From IMG/VR virus record IMGVR_UViG_3300031417_000415: a stretch of 35,027 bases of DNA; one strand, given 5' to 3'. The position numbers and the translations under genes are program-made. Below are positions 1 to 8,213 of this stretch, piece by piece (the stretch's first letter is position 1; each line of letters opens with the position of its first letter). Below the pieces are notes generated by a model. The model did no database searches. It had not been told where the DNA came from and saw only the letters and a list, made by a program, of their open reading frames with translations. This DNA is from a virus (lineage: Duplodnaviria; Heunggongvirae; Uroviricota; Caudoviricetes).

Positions 1-2409
1 ATGCCCGATCGGGGTGCCAGTGACGCATGGAGATCCGACGGAGAGGAAAAGGACTTGGACGACTTCACATGGATACTCGCGCAGCACGACATCGCGCAGG
101 TGACGCTGGCGCTGCTGGTCTGCCTGTTCGGCTCGTACACGGTATTCTCGCTGGCTGACCGGTCGGTGCGAACCGGCGAGGCCGGATGGCACATCTGGAT
201 GCTCGGCGCCGGCGCGGCAGCGGGCTGCGCGATCTGGTCGACGCACTTCATCGCGATGCTCGCGCTCGATCACGCCATGCCCATGCAGTACCAGACGGGC
301 GGCACGGTGCTGTCGATCGCGATCGCCATCATCGGGGCGACGCTCGGACTGATGGTCGCGCTTCCGCACGAAAGCGTCGTGCGCCGGATCGTCGGAGGCA
401 CGCTCGTCGGCGCCAGCATCGCGACGATGCACTTCCTAGGCATGGCCGCCACGACGATGGCCATGGCGCACACGCACGATGCGCTCGGCCTGGCGATAGC
501 TCTGGGAACGGGCGGCATGCTGAGCATAGCCGCGCTCGTCTCCTACCGGGCGTCGGACATGAACCGCCGCATGACGTCGGCGGGACTGCTGAGCCTCGCC
601 GTCGCAGCCATCCACTTCGGCTCGATGGCCTCCATGCGGATGGGGGACGCCACCGGACACGTGAAGACGACCGGCCATGCGACCTTCGCGATCGTGCTGG
701 CGTTCGCCGTCGGCATGCTGCTCCTCCTCGCACTTCTCGGGGCGGGGTTCGCCAACCGGCTGGAGGCGCAGGACGCCGCTTCGGCCGAGCGCCTGCGGAG
801 CCTCGCCAACATGTCGCTCGAGGGCATCCTCGTCGTGGACGCCGGCGGCGTCGTCATCGATGCGAACGACCAGATGAAGCGCATCGCCGGGCATGATCCC
901 GTCGGCACCGCGTTGGCCACGCATCTTCCCGACGTCTGCGACGCGATCCGCAGCGGACGCGCCGAGGCCGGGCCCATCGAGACCGGCCTGCTGCGCGCCG
1001 CGCTGCCCGAGATGCCCGTACAGGCGTTCGCGCACCGCTCCAGCCACGTGAACCAGACGACATGGACCGTGGTCGTCCGCGACCTCACCGAGCAGCGCGA
1101 AGCGGAGAGCCGCATCAGGCACGCGGCGAGCCACGATCCCCTTACCGACCTCCCCAACCGGTCGCTGCTGATGGACCGCCTGCAGCGCGCGATCGCCCGG
1201 TCGCAGCGCAACGGCACGACGACCGCGCTCCTCTACATAGACCTCGACGGCTTCAAGCGCGTCAACGACACGCACGGCCACGGACGCGGTGACGAGGTCC
1301 TCAAGGACGTCGCGCGCATCCTCCTCGACAACGTCCGGCAGGTCGACACCGTCGCCCGCCTCGGGGGCGACGAGTTCGTCGTGCTGCAGGAGGACATGTC
1401 GCCCATGGTCGCACAGGCCACCGCGCAGCGCCTGATCGACGAGACCGCCTCCGTCTACGGGCAGGGTCGCAGCGACGTGATCATCGGCATGAGCATCGGC
1501 ATGGCGGTCACGCCGACGGACGCGGCCGACGCCGGCGAGCTCGTGCGACTGGCGGACGTGGCGCTCTACCGCGCCAAGGCAGACGGACGGAACCAGGCGC
1601 GGTTCTTCGAGCGCGCCATGGACCAGGTGGCACGCGAGCAGAGGAGCCTCGAGACCGATCTGCGGAGCGCGCTCGCCAACGACGAGATCAGCATCGCCTA
1701 CCAGCCGCAGATGAACACCGTCAGCGGCGAGATCGTCGGCTTCGAGGCGCTTGCGCGCTGGAAGCACCCCACCAGAGGCCAGGTGCCACCGGACGTCTTC
1801 ATCCCCGTCGCGGAACGGACCGGCATGATCGTCCATCTCGGCGCGTGGATCCTGAAGGAGGCGTGCCAAACGGCGGCGCGGTGGAAGCGCCCCTTGCGCA
1901 TCTCGGTGAATCTCTCTCCCCTCCAGATCCGCGACGAGGGCCTGGTGCCGCTCATCGAGGAGACGCTGCGCGAGACGGGTCTGGCACCCGAGCGGCTGGA
2001 GATCGAGATCACCGAGACCGCGATCCTGCGCGACGAGCGCGGCACGGTAGCGGCGCTCGGGCGCATGAAGGCGCTCGGCCTCAAGATCGCCATGGACGAC
2101 TTCGGCACCGGCTACTCGTCGCTGTCCAGCCTCCATTCCTTCCCCTTCGACAAGATCAAGGTCGACAAGTCGTTCGTCTCGGGCATCGAGGACGACGGCA
2201 AGGCCTCGACCATCGTCAAGGCGGTGATCGGCCTCGGCCACAATCTCGGACTGCCCATCGTCGCCGAAGGCGTCGAGAACGAGCATCAGCTCGAGCTGCT
2301 GCGCGCCGAGGGCTGCACCGAGATCCAGGGCTTCCTGATCGGCCGACCGATGGCGATCTCCGAATGGGAGCATCTCGTCGAGACGATCGTGCGCGACCTG
2401 GCCGCCTGA
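1..2409 (+). CDS. MHYT-PAS-GGDEF-EAL c-di-GMP signalling membrane protein (diguanylate cyclase/phosphodiesterase)
   Basis: N-terminal multi-TM MHYT repeats (IWSTHFIAM, IATMHFLGM, AIHFGSM); PAS-like segment (EGILVVD..VIDAND); HDPLTDLPNR, YIDLDGFKRVNDTHGH, intact RLGGDEF with RQVD I-site; FEALARW, EITE, DDFGTGYSSL, KIKVDKSFV, VAEGVE. Alternative TTG start at 55 after GGAGAGG. Confidence 0.95.
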   Translation: MPDRGASDAWRSDGEEKDLDDFTWILAQHDIAQVTLALLVCLFGSYTVFSLADRSVRTGEAGWHIWMLGAGAAAGCAIWSTHFIAMLALDHAMPMQYQTGGTVLSIAIAIIGATLGLMVALPHESVVRRIVGGTLVGASIATMHFLGMAATTMAMAHTHDALGLAIALGTGGMLSIAALVSYRASDMNRRMTSAGLLSLAVAAIHFGSMASMRMGDATGHVKTTGHATFAIVLAFAVGMLLLLALLGAGFANRLEAQDAASAERLRSLANMSLEGILVVDAGGVVIDANDQMKRIAGHDPVGTALATHLPDVCDAIRSGRAEAGPIETGLLRAALPEMPVQAFAHRSSHVNQTTWTVVVRDLTEQREAESRIRHAASHDPLTDLPNRSLLMDRLQRAIARSQRNGTTTALLYIDLDGFKRVNDTHGHGRGDEVLKDVARILLDNVRQVDTVARLGGDEFVVLQEDMSPMVAQATAQRLIDETASVYGQGRSDVIIGMSIGMAVTPTDAADAGELVRLADVALYRAKADGRNQARFFERAMDQVAREQRSLETDLRSALANDEISIAYQPQMNTVSGEIVGFEALARWKHPTRGQVPPDVFIPVAERTGMIVHLGAWILKEACQTAARWKRPLRISVNLSPLQIRDEGLVPLIEETLRETGLAPERLEIEITETAILRDERGTVAALGRMKALGLKIAMDDFGTGYSSLSSLHSFPFDKIKVDKSFVSGIEDDGKASTIVKAVIGLGHNLGLPIVAEGVENEHQLELLRAEGCTEIQGFLIGRPMAISEWEHLVETIVRDLAA

Positions 2410-2440
2410 GCGCGGCCACCATACGGACAGGAGAACGAAG

Positions 2441-3592
2441 ATGGCGACGACCATGCCCGCCGCTGCACTGGCAGCCCTTTGGGCTGCCACGCGGCGACCA
2501 GTCGCGGGCGGACAGGCGGACCGCATGCATGAGCGACTGAAACGTGTCGCCGAACAGGGCTGGATATATCGGAGCGGCCTCTGCGACCTCATAGAGGATT
2601 CGGACTACCGGCTGCGCAGGGGTGCGATCGACATCTCCGTCGAGGACATCCTGAGCGCCTTCGGATACCGGCTCGAGACCGTCGCGAGACGACCGGGCAG
2701 ACGTTCGACCGGAGTGATGATGCTGGACGCACTGCGGGCGTCGGATCTGGCCTCGCTGCTGTGCGATCTCGATGCCATGGGCTTCCTGGTGCCGGCGGCG
2801 ACGCTGTGCGACTACCTGCGTCCGTCGATCGAGACCCGCGCGACGGTGACGTCCAGCGACATCTCGGTGCTGTGGAGCGGCCGGACGATCGGGCGCGGCA
2901 AGATCGACCTGAAGGCGGATGACCCTCCCGCTGTCGCGGACTACGACGAAGGCAGGCTACCGACGGGACACCGCTACTTCGCGACAACGGACCAGGCGGG
3001 GCAGCCCGTCTCGATCGAGATCAAGGGACCGAAGTACCGCAACACGCCCGCACCGACCCTCAGGACCTGCGACGTATGCGGCACGACCTACCTGCATGGG
3101 GATCCCGACTCGTCCGCCAAGCACCGGCAGGCCCACCGCCGGGTAGCGTACGTGACATCGCCGAAGCCGCTGCCTGCGATGATCGCCCATCTCGTGGATG
3201 CCGACCCCTACGACCCGGTGATGCCGCACTCGCCAAAGTGGATGCAGCGCGAGATGTACGAGCGGGCCACACGCTTCCGGCGAGAGATGGGCTTCGACTT
3301 CGTACAGTGGACAGCTCCTGGGCGCGTCGCGGATCAGGAAGCGAGAGGGCATCTGCTCACCGACGAGCACGGCGCTATCCACGGAGCCTGCTCCTTCCGC
3401 CCGCATGGCGGCACGGGCCGCTGGGGCCTGCAGTGGATATGGGTCCGGCCCGAGGCGAGGCGCACGGGCATCCTGTCACGGCAGTGGGAGGACATGCGAC
3501 GTCGCTATGGCGACTTCCTCGTCGAGGGGCCGGTATCGCCCGCGATGCAGGCGTTTCTGGAACGCAGGGGCGAGGCTAGACTGATGGACTGA
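2441..3592 (+). CDS. Eco1/ESCO-like C2H2 zinc-finger plus GNAT acetyltransferase with an unknown N-terminal domain
   Basis: CDVCGTTYLHGDPDSSAKHRQAH matches the ESCO-type zinc finger (CxxCGxxY....PxD...H...H); GLQWIWVRPEARRTGIL matches the acetyl-CoA-binding motif (GIsrIWV...RRxGIA). SD GGAGA upstream. Confidence 0.7.
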   Translation: MATTMPAAALAALWAATRRPVAGGQADRMHERLKRVAEQGWIYRSGLCDLIEDSDYRLRRGAIDISVEDILSAFGYRLETVARRPGRRSTGVMMLDALRASDLASLLCDLDAMGFLVPAATLCDYLRPSIETRATVTSSDISVLWSGRTIGRGKIDLKADDPPAVADYDEGRLPTGHRYFATTDQAGQPVSIEIKGPKYRNTPAPTLRTCDVCGTTYLHGDPDSSAKHRQAHRRVAYVTSPKPLPAMIAHLVDADPYDPVMPHSPKWMQREMYERATRFRREMGFDFVQWTAPGRVADQEARGHLLTDEHGAIHGACSFRPHGGTGRWGLQWIWVRPEARRTGILSRQWEDMRRRYGDFLVEGPVSPAMQAFLERRGEARLMD

Positions 3593-3641
3593 CCGAACCC
3601 GACCGGCAGGAGGCGCACGACAGACTATCGAGGAGAAAACG

Positions 3642-4070
3642 ATGGAGCGGACTCCGGGGACGACCGACATGCAGGATCTGCCCGTCGTGGTAGGAAATGC
3701 ACTGAAGGGAGAGTGGCCGACGGTCCTGTGCGGACCCGAGATCGTCGACATGATCATCCTCATCGAGTGCGGCGTCAGTGCCGACCACTTCGCCATGTGG
3801 CGCGAGGACGAGCTGGAGAACCGCAACTGGGAACAGTATCTCGATCGACGCTGGACGGCGCGCCTCGAGACCCTGGCGGTCGCCGAGGTCGAGGAGCCCG
3901 AGGGCGGATGCGCCGAGCAGGCTCACGCGGTATACTACTCCACGCTGGCGACGAAGGCCCCGCCCATCGTCGTCGAGGGGCGCAAGCTGATGGACGGCAA
4001 CCACCGTCTCGAGGCGGCACGCCTGCGCGGCGAGACCACCATCGACGCCTATGTCATCGCTCCGGCATGA
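3642..4070 (+). CDS. ParB/sulfiredoxin N-terminal-like domain protein
   Basis: PPIVVEGRKLMDGNHRLEAARLRGETTIDAYVI is a ParB/Srx core (PIvV...DGxHRxxAA); SD GAGGAG. Confidence 0.75.
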   Translation: MERTPGTTDMQDLPVVVGNALKGEWPTVLCGPEIVDMIILIECGVSADHFAMWREDELENRNWEQYLDRRWTARLETLAVAEVEEPEGGCAEQAHAVYYSTLATKAPPIVVEGRKLMDGNHRLEAARLRGETTIDAYVIAPA

Positions 4071-4426
4071 CGGCTATCCATACCATTCGACTACAGGAAC
4101 GCATCATGGACGACATTCCGATCTCGCAGGCTCTGCTGCTGTGGAACTCGGGGCTTGGCGGGGATACCCCGGCCTTCGTCGTACGGCCCCTAGGGCATGA
4201 CGACTACCACGAATACGGATACCAGGCCGGAGCATGCATGCGCTCCTGGCAGAACGCCTCGGCGGACCTGCAGCGCGAGATGCTGCTCGTGCAGATCTGG
4301 CACATCGCCGCCTTCTACGCCGTGCCGCCGACAATGATGGCGCAGGAACTGCTCCGCATCCCCGAGTACCGCGGCGTCCTCGCCGACGACTGCCTGCCAA
4401 GCGCATATCGGGGCGAACGCCAGTAG
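4067..4426 (+). CDS. hypothetical protein (119 aa)
   Basis: ATGA overlap with the upstream stop; protein-like composition; the longer ORF-track start at 3713 overlaps the ParB-like gene and is rejected. Confidence 0.6.
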   Translation: MTAIHTIRLQERIMDDIPISQALLLWNSGLGGDTPAFVVRPLGHDDYHEYGYQAGACMRSWQNASADLQREMLLVQIWHIAAFYAVPPTMMAQELLRIPEYRGVLADDCLPSAYRGERQ

Positions 4427-4439
4427 GAACGGACATGCG

Positions 4440-4468
4440 TTTCCGTATTCCGCCCCCCATCCTATAAC
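4440..4468 (+). promoter_or_regulatory. putative sigma70-type promoter containing CATCCTATAACC
   Basis: TTTCCG-N17-TATAAC; the next ATG (4475) lies 7 nt after the -10 and has no SD; same core motif at 7965 and 11824. Confidence 0.45.
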
Positions 4469-4474
4469 CAGCGG

Positions 4475-4756
4475 ATGGAAGACGCCCGACATCCCACGGT
4501 CGAGAGGGTGCCCTGCGCCGCGCCCTCATGCGGTCGGGGTATCGGAGCCGCTGCATGGCGCCGACGGTTCGGGGACCTCGATCTGAAGACGGCCGAGTAC
4601 GTCTGCCAGCTGCACTGGTCGCAGACCCCGCCCGCGATGCGGAAGGTCTATGCGAGGGCGCGCCGGCGGGACCGGCGTCTCGGCATGCATATGGACTCGA
4701 CTGGACGAATATGGCGACGCATCATGACCGCGATACGACAGGGGACGAGCACATGA
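4475..4756 (+). CDS. small Cys/His-containing hypothetical protein (93 aa)
   Basis: CAAPSC...VCQLHW pattern suggests a zinc-binding fold; basic C-terminus; its stop overlaps the next ATG. Confidence 0.6.
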   Translation: MEDARHPTVERVPCAAPSCGRGIGAAAWRRRFGDLDLKTAEYVCQLHWSQTPPAMRKVYARARRRDRRLGMHMDSTGRIWRRIMTAIRQGTST

Positions 4757-5154
4757 CCACCGACACCTCGGCCCGGGACGCGGCCGAACTCGCCGACACG
4801 ATCGGCACGGCCCTGCAGCAGACGATACGCATGCATCTGCTGATCTCCGACATCCGGGTCTACTACTGGATGACGATCGTGCTCGGCACGGTCTTCGGGG
4901 CCGCCTCGATGGCATCGATCACCTTCGGTGCAGCCTGGCTCGCGCTGGGCGTGCCGGGGAAGGCCGGGCTCGATCCTGTCGCGATGGTGCTGATCGGCGC
5001 AGGCGTACTGCTCACGACGATCTGCCTGACCATCCACCGCACGTCCGCCTTCTCGGTCGTGCTCGCGACGATGCGCCGCGAAGTGGCCGTGCTCGAGAAG
5101 GCCACCGAGGAGGCGCGCGCGGAGGCACGCTCCATCGGCATGGCGACCGCCTGA
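4753..5154 (+). CDS. hypothetical membrane protein (133 aa)
   Basis: ATGA overlap; two hydrophobic helices (YYWMTIVLG...ALGV; VAMVLIGAGVLLTTICL). Confidence 0.65.
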   Translation: MTTDTSARDAAELADTIGTALQQTIRMHLLISDIRVYYWMTIVLGTVFGAASMASITFGAAWLALGVPGKAGLDPVAMVLIGAGVLLTTICLTIHRTSAFSVVLATMRREVAVLEKATEEARAEARSIGMATA

Positions 5155-5186
5155 ACCACACGGAACTGGACGAGAGGACACGCACC

Positions 5187-5903
5187 ATGCACGACCTGGA
5201 CACGCCCGGCGACCACAGGAAGCGGGCCACGCTGCTGGTCGGCCTCGGACTCATGTCCATCGCGATGTGGCAGTTCCCGGAGGGGCGGATCGCCCTCTAT
5301 CCCTTCACGATCCTGGCCACCTGGTTCCACGAGATGGGTCACGGTCTAGCCGCGCTGCTGACCGGCTCGCGGTTCGAGCACCTCGTGATCTTCTCCGACG
5401 GATCGGGCTACGCCTCCATCCTGCGGCCGGGGAACGGCTTCAGGGTCACCGACGCGATCATCGCCGCCAGCGGCCCCCTCGGACCTGCGATCGCAGGCTC
5501 GCTGCTGATCGTGGCCTCCAGGACGCCGCGCAGCTCGGGACGCGCGCTGACCGTGCTCGGCGCCGCCCTCGCGCTGTCCGCCGTGATCTGGGTGCGCTCG
5601 ATCGTCGGGCTCCTCGTCCTGCCCATGATCGGCATCGCCATCCTCGGAATCGCCGCCTATGCGAAGCCCGCCTGGCAGCGCCTCGCGGTGCAGGTCCTCG
5701 GCGTACAGGCCTGCATCAGCGTATGGCGGCAGTTCGACTACCTGTTCAGCGATGGCGGATACGTGGGCGGCCGGCCTGCACAGTCGGACACGTCGGCGAT
5801 CGCGGACGCGCTGCTGCTCCCCTACTGGTTCTGGGGGGCTGCGGTCAGCGTCGGCATCGTCGCTCTGCTCTGGTGGAGCATCAGGGTCTCGTTCCGGCGA
5901 TAG
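5187..5903 (+). CDS. M50B-like intramembrane metallopeptidase
   Basis: TWFHEMGHGLAALLTG (HExGH), SGPLGP, SDTSAIA; several TM helices; SD GAGAGGA. Confidence 0.85.
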   Translation: MHDLDTPGDHRKRATLLVGLGLMSIAMWQFPEGRIALYPFTILATWFHEMGHGLAALLTGSRFEHLVIFSDGSGYASILRPGNGFRVTDAIIAASGPLGPAIAGSLLIVASRTPRSSGRALTVLGAALALSAVIWVRSIVGLLVLPMIGIAILGIAAYAKPAWQRLAVQVLGVQACISVWRQFDYLFSDGGYVGGRPAQSDTSAIADALLLPYWFWGAAVSVGIVALLWWSIRVSFRR

Positions 5904-5933
5904 CGGGCCCGAACGGTCGACAGGAGGGAAAAA

Positions 5934-6887
5934 ATGGAGGCTCTCGACGCGGCCGATATCCGGCGCGGCGCGGCTGCCCGCGACTACCGAGACAGGCTTC
6001 CGGCGAAGGAGGTCGGGCGGCTGCGCGCCATGCTCGATATCGGCATGCAGAACGTCGACATCGCCGCCGAGATGGTCCTGAACAGGTCGGCCGTCATGTA
6101 CCACCGCCGCCTCTACGACGCGGAGCTGATCGAGGCAGGCAAGACGGCCACCGTCCCGGTGCGCGAGGGGCGGATGACCGGCCGTGGTCTGCCCAAGGCA
6201 CAGGTGGCCCAGCTCGAGGCTCTTCTCCGCAGGGGCGTGCCGGCCGACGACGCGGCGATCGCCATCGAGGTGTCCCGCCCGTGCGCGATCCGCTACCGCA
6301 TGCGCATCGTCCGCGAGCTCGCGGCGAAGGGGCGTACGCTCCCCGGATGCGACGCCGAGGGGCGGGTCGTCGGACGCCGGAGCGCCAACGCGGTGCCTCT
6401 CGACGTGCTCGCCGACATTCGCCGTCGCCTCGTCGTGCCGGAGCGCATGCCCGCGATCGCCGCCACCACCGGCGTCGCCCTGGTCACCATCCGCCGCTTC
6501 TGGAAGGAGCTGCGGCCGACGCTCGATCCCGTTCCGAACTGCCCCTGCGGCAAGGAGGCGCACCACATGCAGCGCTGCCGTCCCGGCACGGGCATCGATC
6601 CCAGAATCGACGGAGAGGCTCTGCGCGGCATGGTCGAGGCGGCCGTGCCCCGCCATCACGATGCAGCGCTCAGAAGCGACATCGTCCAGGACGCGATCGG
6701 CGAGATCCTCGCTCTGCCGAGGCCGCCCGACGACCTTCCCGCTCTGGTGCGACGGACGGTCTCGGCCAACTACCGACGCTTCGCCGACCGCTGGGGCACG
6801 CTGTCGCTCGACGCGCCGCTCGGCGACGGTAGTACCGCCACGCTCCTCGACGTCATCGCCAGCCGCAGCGACGAGGACGTCCAATGA
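5934..6887 (+). CDS. multi-HTH protein with a Cys/His knuckle and a sigma-factor-like C-terminal segment
   Basis: Three HTH-like repeats; CPCGKEAHHMQRC; C-terminal DIVQDAIGEIL...TLSLDAPLGDGSTATLLDVI resembles sigma70 region 2-3 sequence; SD GGAGGG. Confidence 0.55.
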   Translation: MEALDAADIRRGAAARDYRDRLPAKEVGRLRAMLDIGMQNVDIAAEMVLNRSAVMYHRRLYDAELIEAGKTATVPVREGRMTGRGLPKAQVAQLEALLRRGVPADDAAIAIEVSRPCAIRYRMRIVRELAAKGRTLPGCDAEGRVVGRRSANAVPLDVLADIRRRLVVPERMPAIAATTGVALVTIRRFWKELRPTLDPVPNCPCGKEAHHMQRCRPGTGIDPRIDGEALRGMVEAAVPRHHDAALRSDIVQDAIGEILALPRPPDDLPALVRRTVSANYRRFADRWGTLSLDAPLGDGSTATLLDVIASRSDEDVQ

Positions 6888-6933
6888 TACTTCCGCGCCC
6901 TCCGGTTCCAGATCGCCCATGAGAGAAACAGCC

Positions 6934-7617
6934 ATGACTCCGAAGATCATCCCCGTCATCCACTATGCCGACGACGCCCAGGCCCTCCGCAACGCGGAAC
7001 GTGCCTTCGACGCGGACTGTGACGGCGTCATGCTCATCCAGATGCAGGGGCAGCACTCGCGTCGGCTGGCCACGCTGGCAGGCGAGATCAAGACGCGCTG
7101 GCCCGATCGGCTGGCAGGGATCAACCTGCTCGGGACGGAACCCCTCCTCGCGCTGAGGGCGAGCATGGCCGCCGGTCTCGACATGACGTGGACCGATGAG
7201 CAGCTGACGCACAGCTCGAGCCTGCAGGACGACGAGGCGGACGACGTGCGCGGTCTGCTGACCGGCGCACCAGGCCATCTCATGTTCGTGGGCGTGGCGT
7301 TCAAGCACCAGCGCCACGAGCCCGACCCTGGACGCGCCGCACGGGACGCGGCGCGGCTCGGCTTCGTGCCCACCACCAGCGGCTCCGCGACGGGCGTCGC
7401 CGCCGAAGCCGGCCGCATCGCCGATCTGCGCGATGCGCTGGGTCCGGACGCGCCGCTCGGCATCGCCAGCGGCATCACGCCCGACAACGTGACGGCCTTC
7501 GCCCCGTATCTGACCCATATCCTCGTCGCGACGGGAGTACTGGCCCCGTCGGCGGGCTCGGGGGACGAGTTCGATACGGTACTGCTGCGCGACCTGGTCC
7601 GCGCCGTGAGGAGCTGA
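6934..7617 (+). CDS. BtpA/SgcQ-like TIM-barrel protein
   Basis: IIPVIH, GINLL, FVGVAFKHQ, TTSGSATG, LGIASGITPDNV, ILVATGV match the BtpA/SgcQ family pattern. Confidence 0.7.
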   Translation: MTPKIIPVIHYADDAQALRNAERAFDADCDGVMLIQMQGQHSRRLATLAGEIKTRWPDRLAGINLLGTEPLLALRASMAAGLDMTWTDEQLTHSSSLQDDEADDVRGLLTGAPGHLMFVGVAFKHQRHEPDPGRAARDAARLGFVPTTSGSATGVAAEAGRIADLRDALGPDAPLGIASGITPDNVTAFAPYLTHILVATGVLAPSAGSGDEFDTVLLRDLVRAVRS

Positions 7618-7622
7618 CCGGC

Positions 7623-7931
7623 ATGGACATCGCAGGCAACGACGCCCTGAAGGCGCTGGCGGCAGCCAGGACGAGGCCATGGCCGCACCCTCCGACGCCG
7701 CAGTGCCAGCACCAGGTACCGCGGGTAACCGGCCCCAACGGCTTTCCGAAGCCTGAATCGATCGATCGTCAGACCGCACGCATGGTGGCCCAGGGCAAGG
7801 ATCCTGCGCTGTGCGCCCACCGATCCTCGTACCTCGTCGACGGACGCCACTACTGCGGACAGCATGCGGGCATGGTCGCGCTCGAGCTGCTGATCACGGC
7901 CGGACTGGCGGCAGAGATCCATCCAGACTGA
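7623..7931 (+). CDS. small Cys/His hypothetical protein (102 aa)
   Basis: CQHQ...LCAHRS...HYCGQHAG zinc-ribbon-like pattern. Confidence 0.6.
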   Translation: MDIAGNDALKALAAARTRPWPHPPTPQCQHQVPRVTGPNGFPKPESIDRQTARMVAQGKDPALCAHRSSYLVDGRHYCGQHAGMVALELLITAGLAAEIHPD

Positions 7932-7946
7932 CGGAAGCGGGCGCGA

Positions 7947-7975
7947 TTGCCCTTGCCTATGTCCCATCCTACAAC
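7947..7975 (+). promoter_or_regulatory. putative sigma70-type promoter containing CATCCTACAACC
   Basis: TTGCCC-N17-TACAAC; ATG at 7983 lies 8 nt after the -10 with no SD. Confidence 0.5.
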
Positions 7976-7982
7976 CATCCTC

Positions 7983-8213
7983 ATGACACTGATCGCACGC
8001 AACAGGGACAAGGTCACACGACAGGGTCTAATGAGGTACCCCGTCGACGATGCCGAGGATCGGATGCGCATCGAGGACATCGCCCCCGTGCCCGCAGCCA
8101 CGCGTGGGACAGCGCAGATGCGTCTGCCATTTCTATTTTTTCCACGGCATGGAAAAGACCCGACCGGCAGATGGAAAATCACGAAGCAGGGAGACCGCGA
8201 TGCGCTGGCTTGA
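7983..8213 (+). CDS. hypothetical protein (76 aa, possibly leaderless)
   Basis: In-frame ATG just downstream of the predicted promoter; overlaps the next gene start by 14 nt; start uncertain (7959 also possible). Confidence 0.45.
   Translation: MTLIARNRDKVTRQGLMRYPVDDAEDRMRIEDIAPVPAATRGTAQMRLPFLFFPRHGKDPTGRWKITKQGDRDALA

Noticed and set aside
436-2592. Long shadow ORFs (e.g. 436-2592, 11152-13410, 26133-28634 and 30545-32659 on the minus strand; 5267-6832, 26228-28408 and 29653-32400 on the plus strand)
   Set aside because: They overlap well-supported genes in other frames, are Arg/Ala/Gly/Pro-rich and have no motifs; this is expected from stop-codon scarcity at high GC.
3713-4066. Upstream extensions in the ORF track (e.g. 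starts 3713, 4528, 6184, 8050, 13130, 21878, 22099, 22778, 24852, 33054, 33323)
   Set aside because: The extensions overlap neighbouring genes; internal starts with SD sequences or ATGA overlaps fit better.
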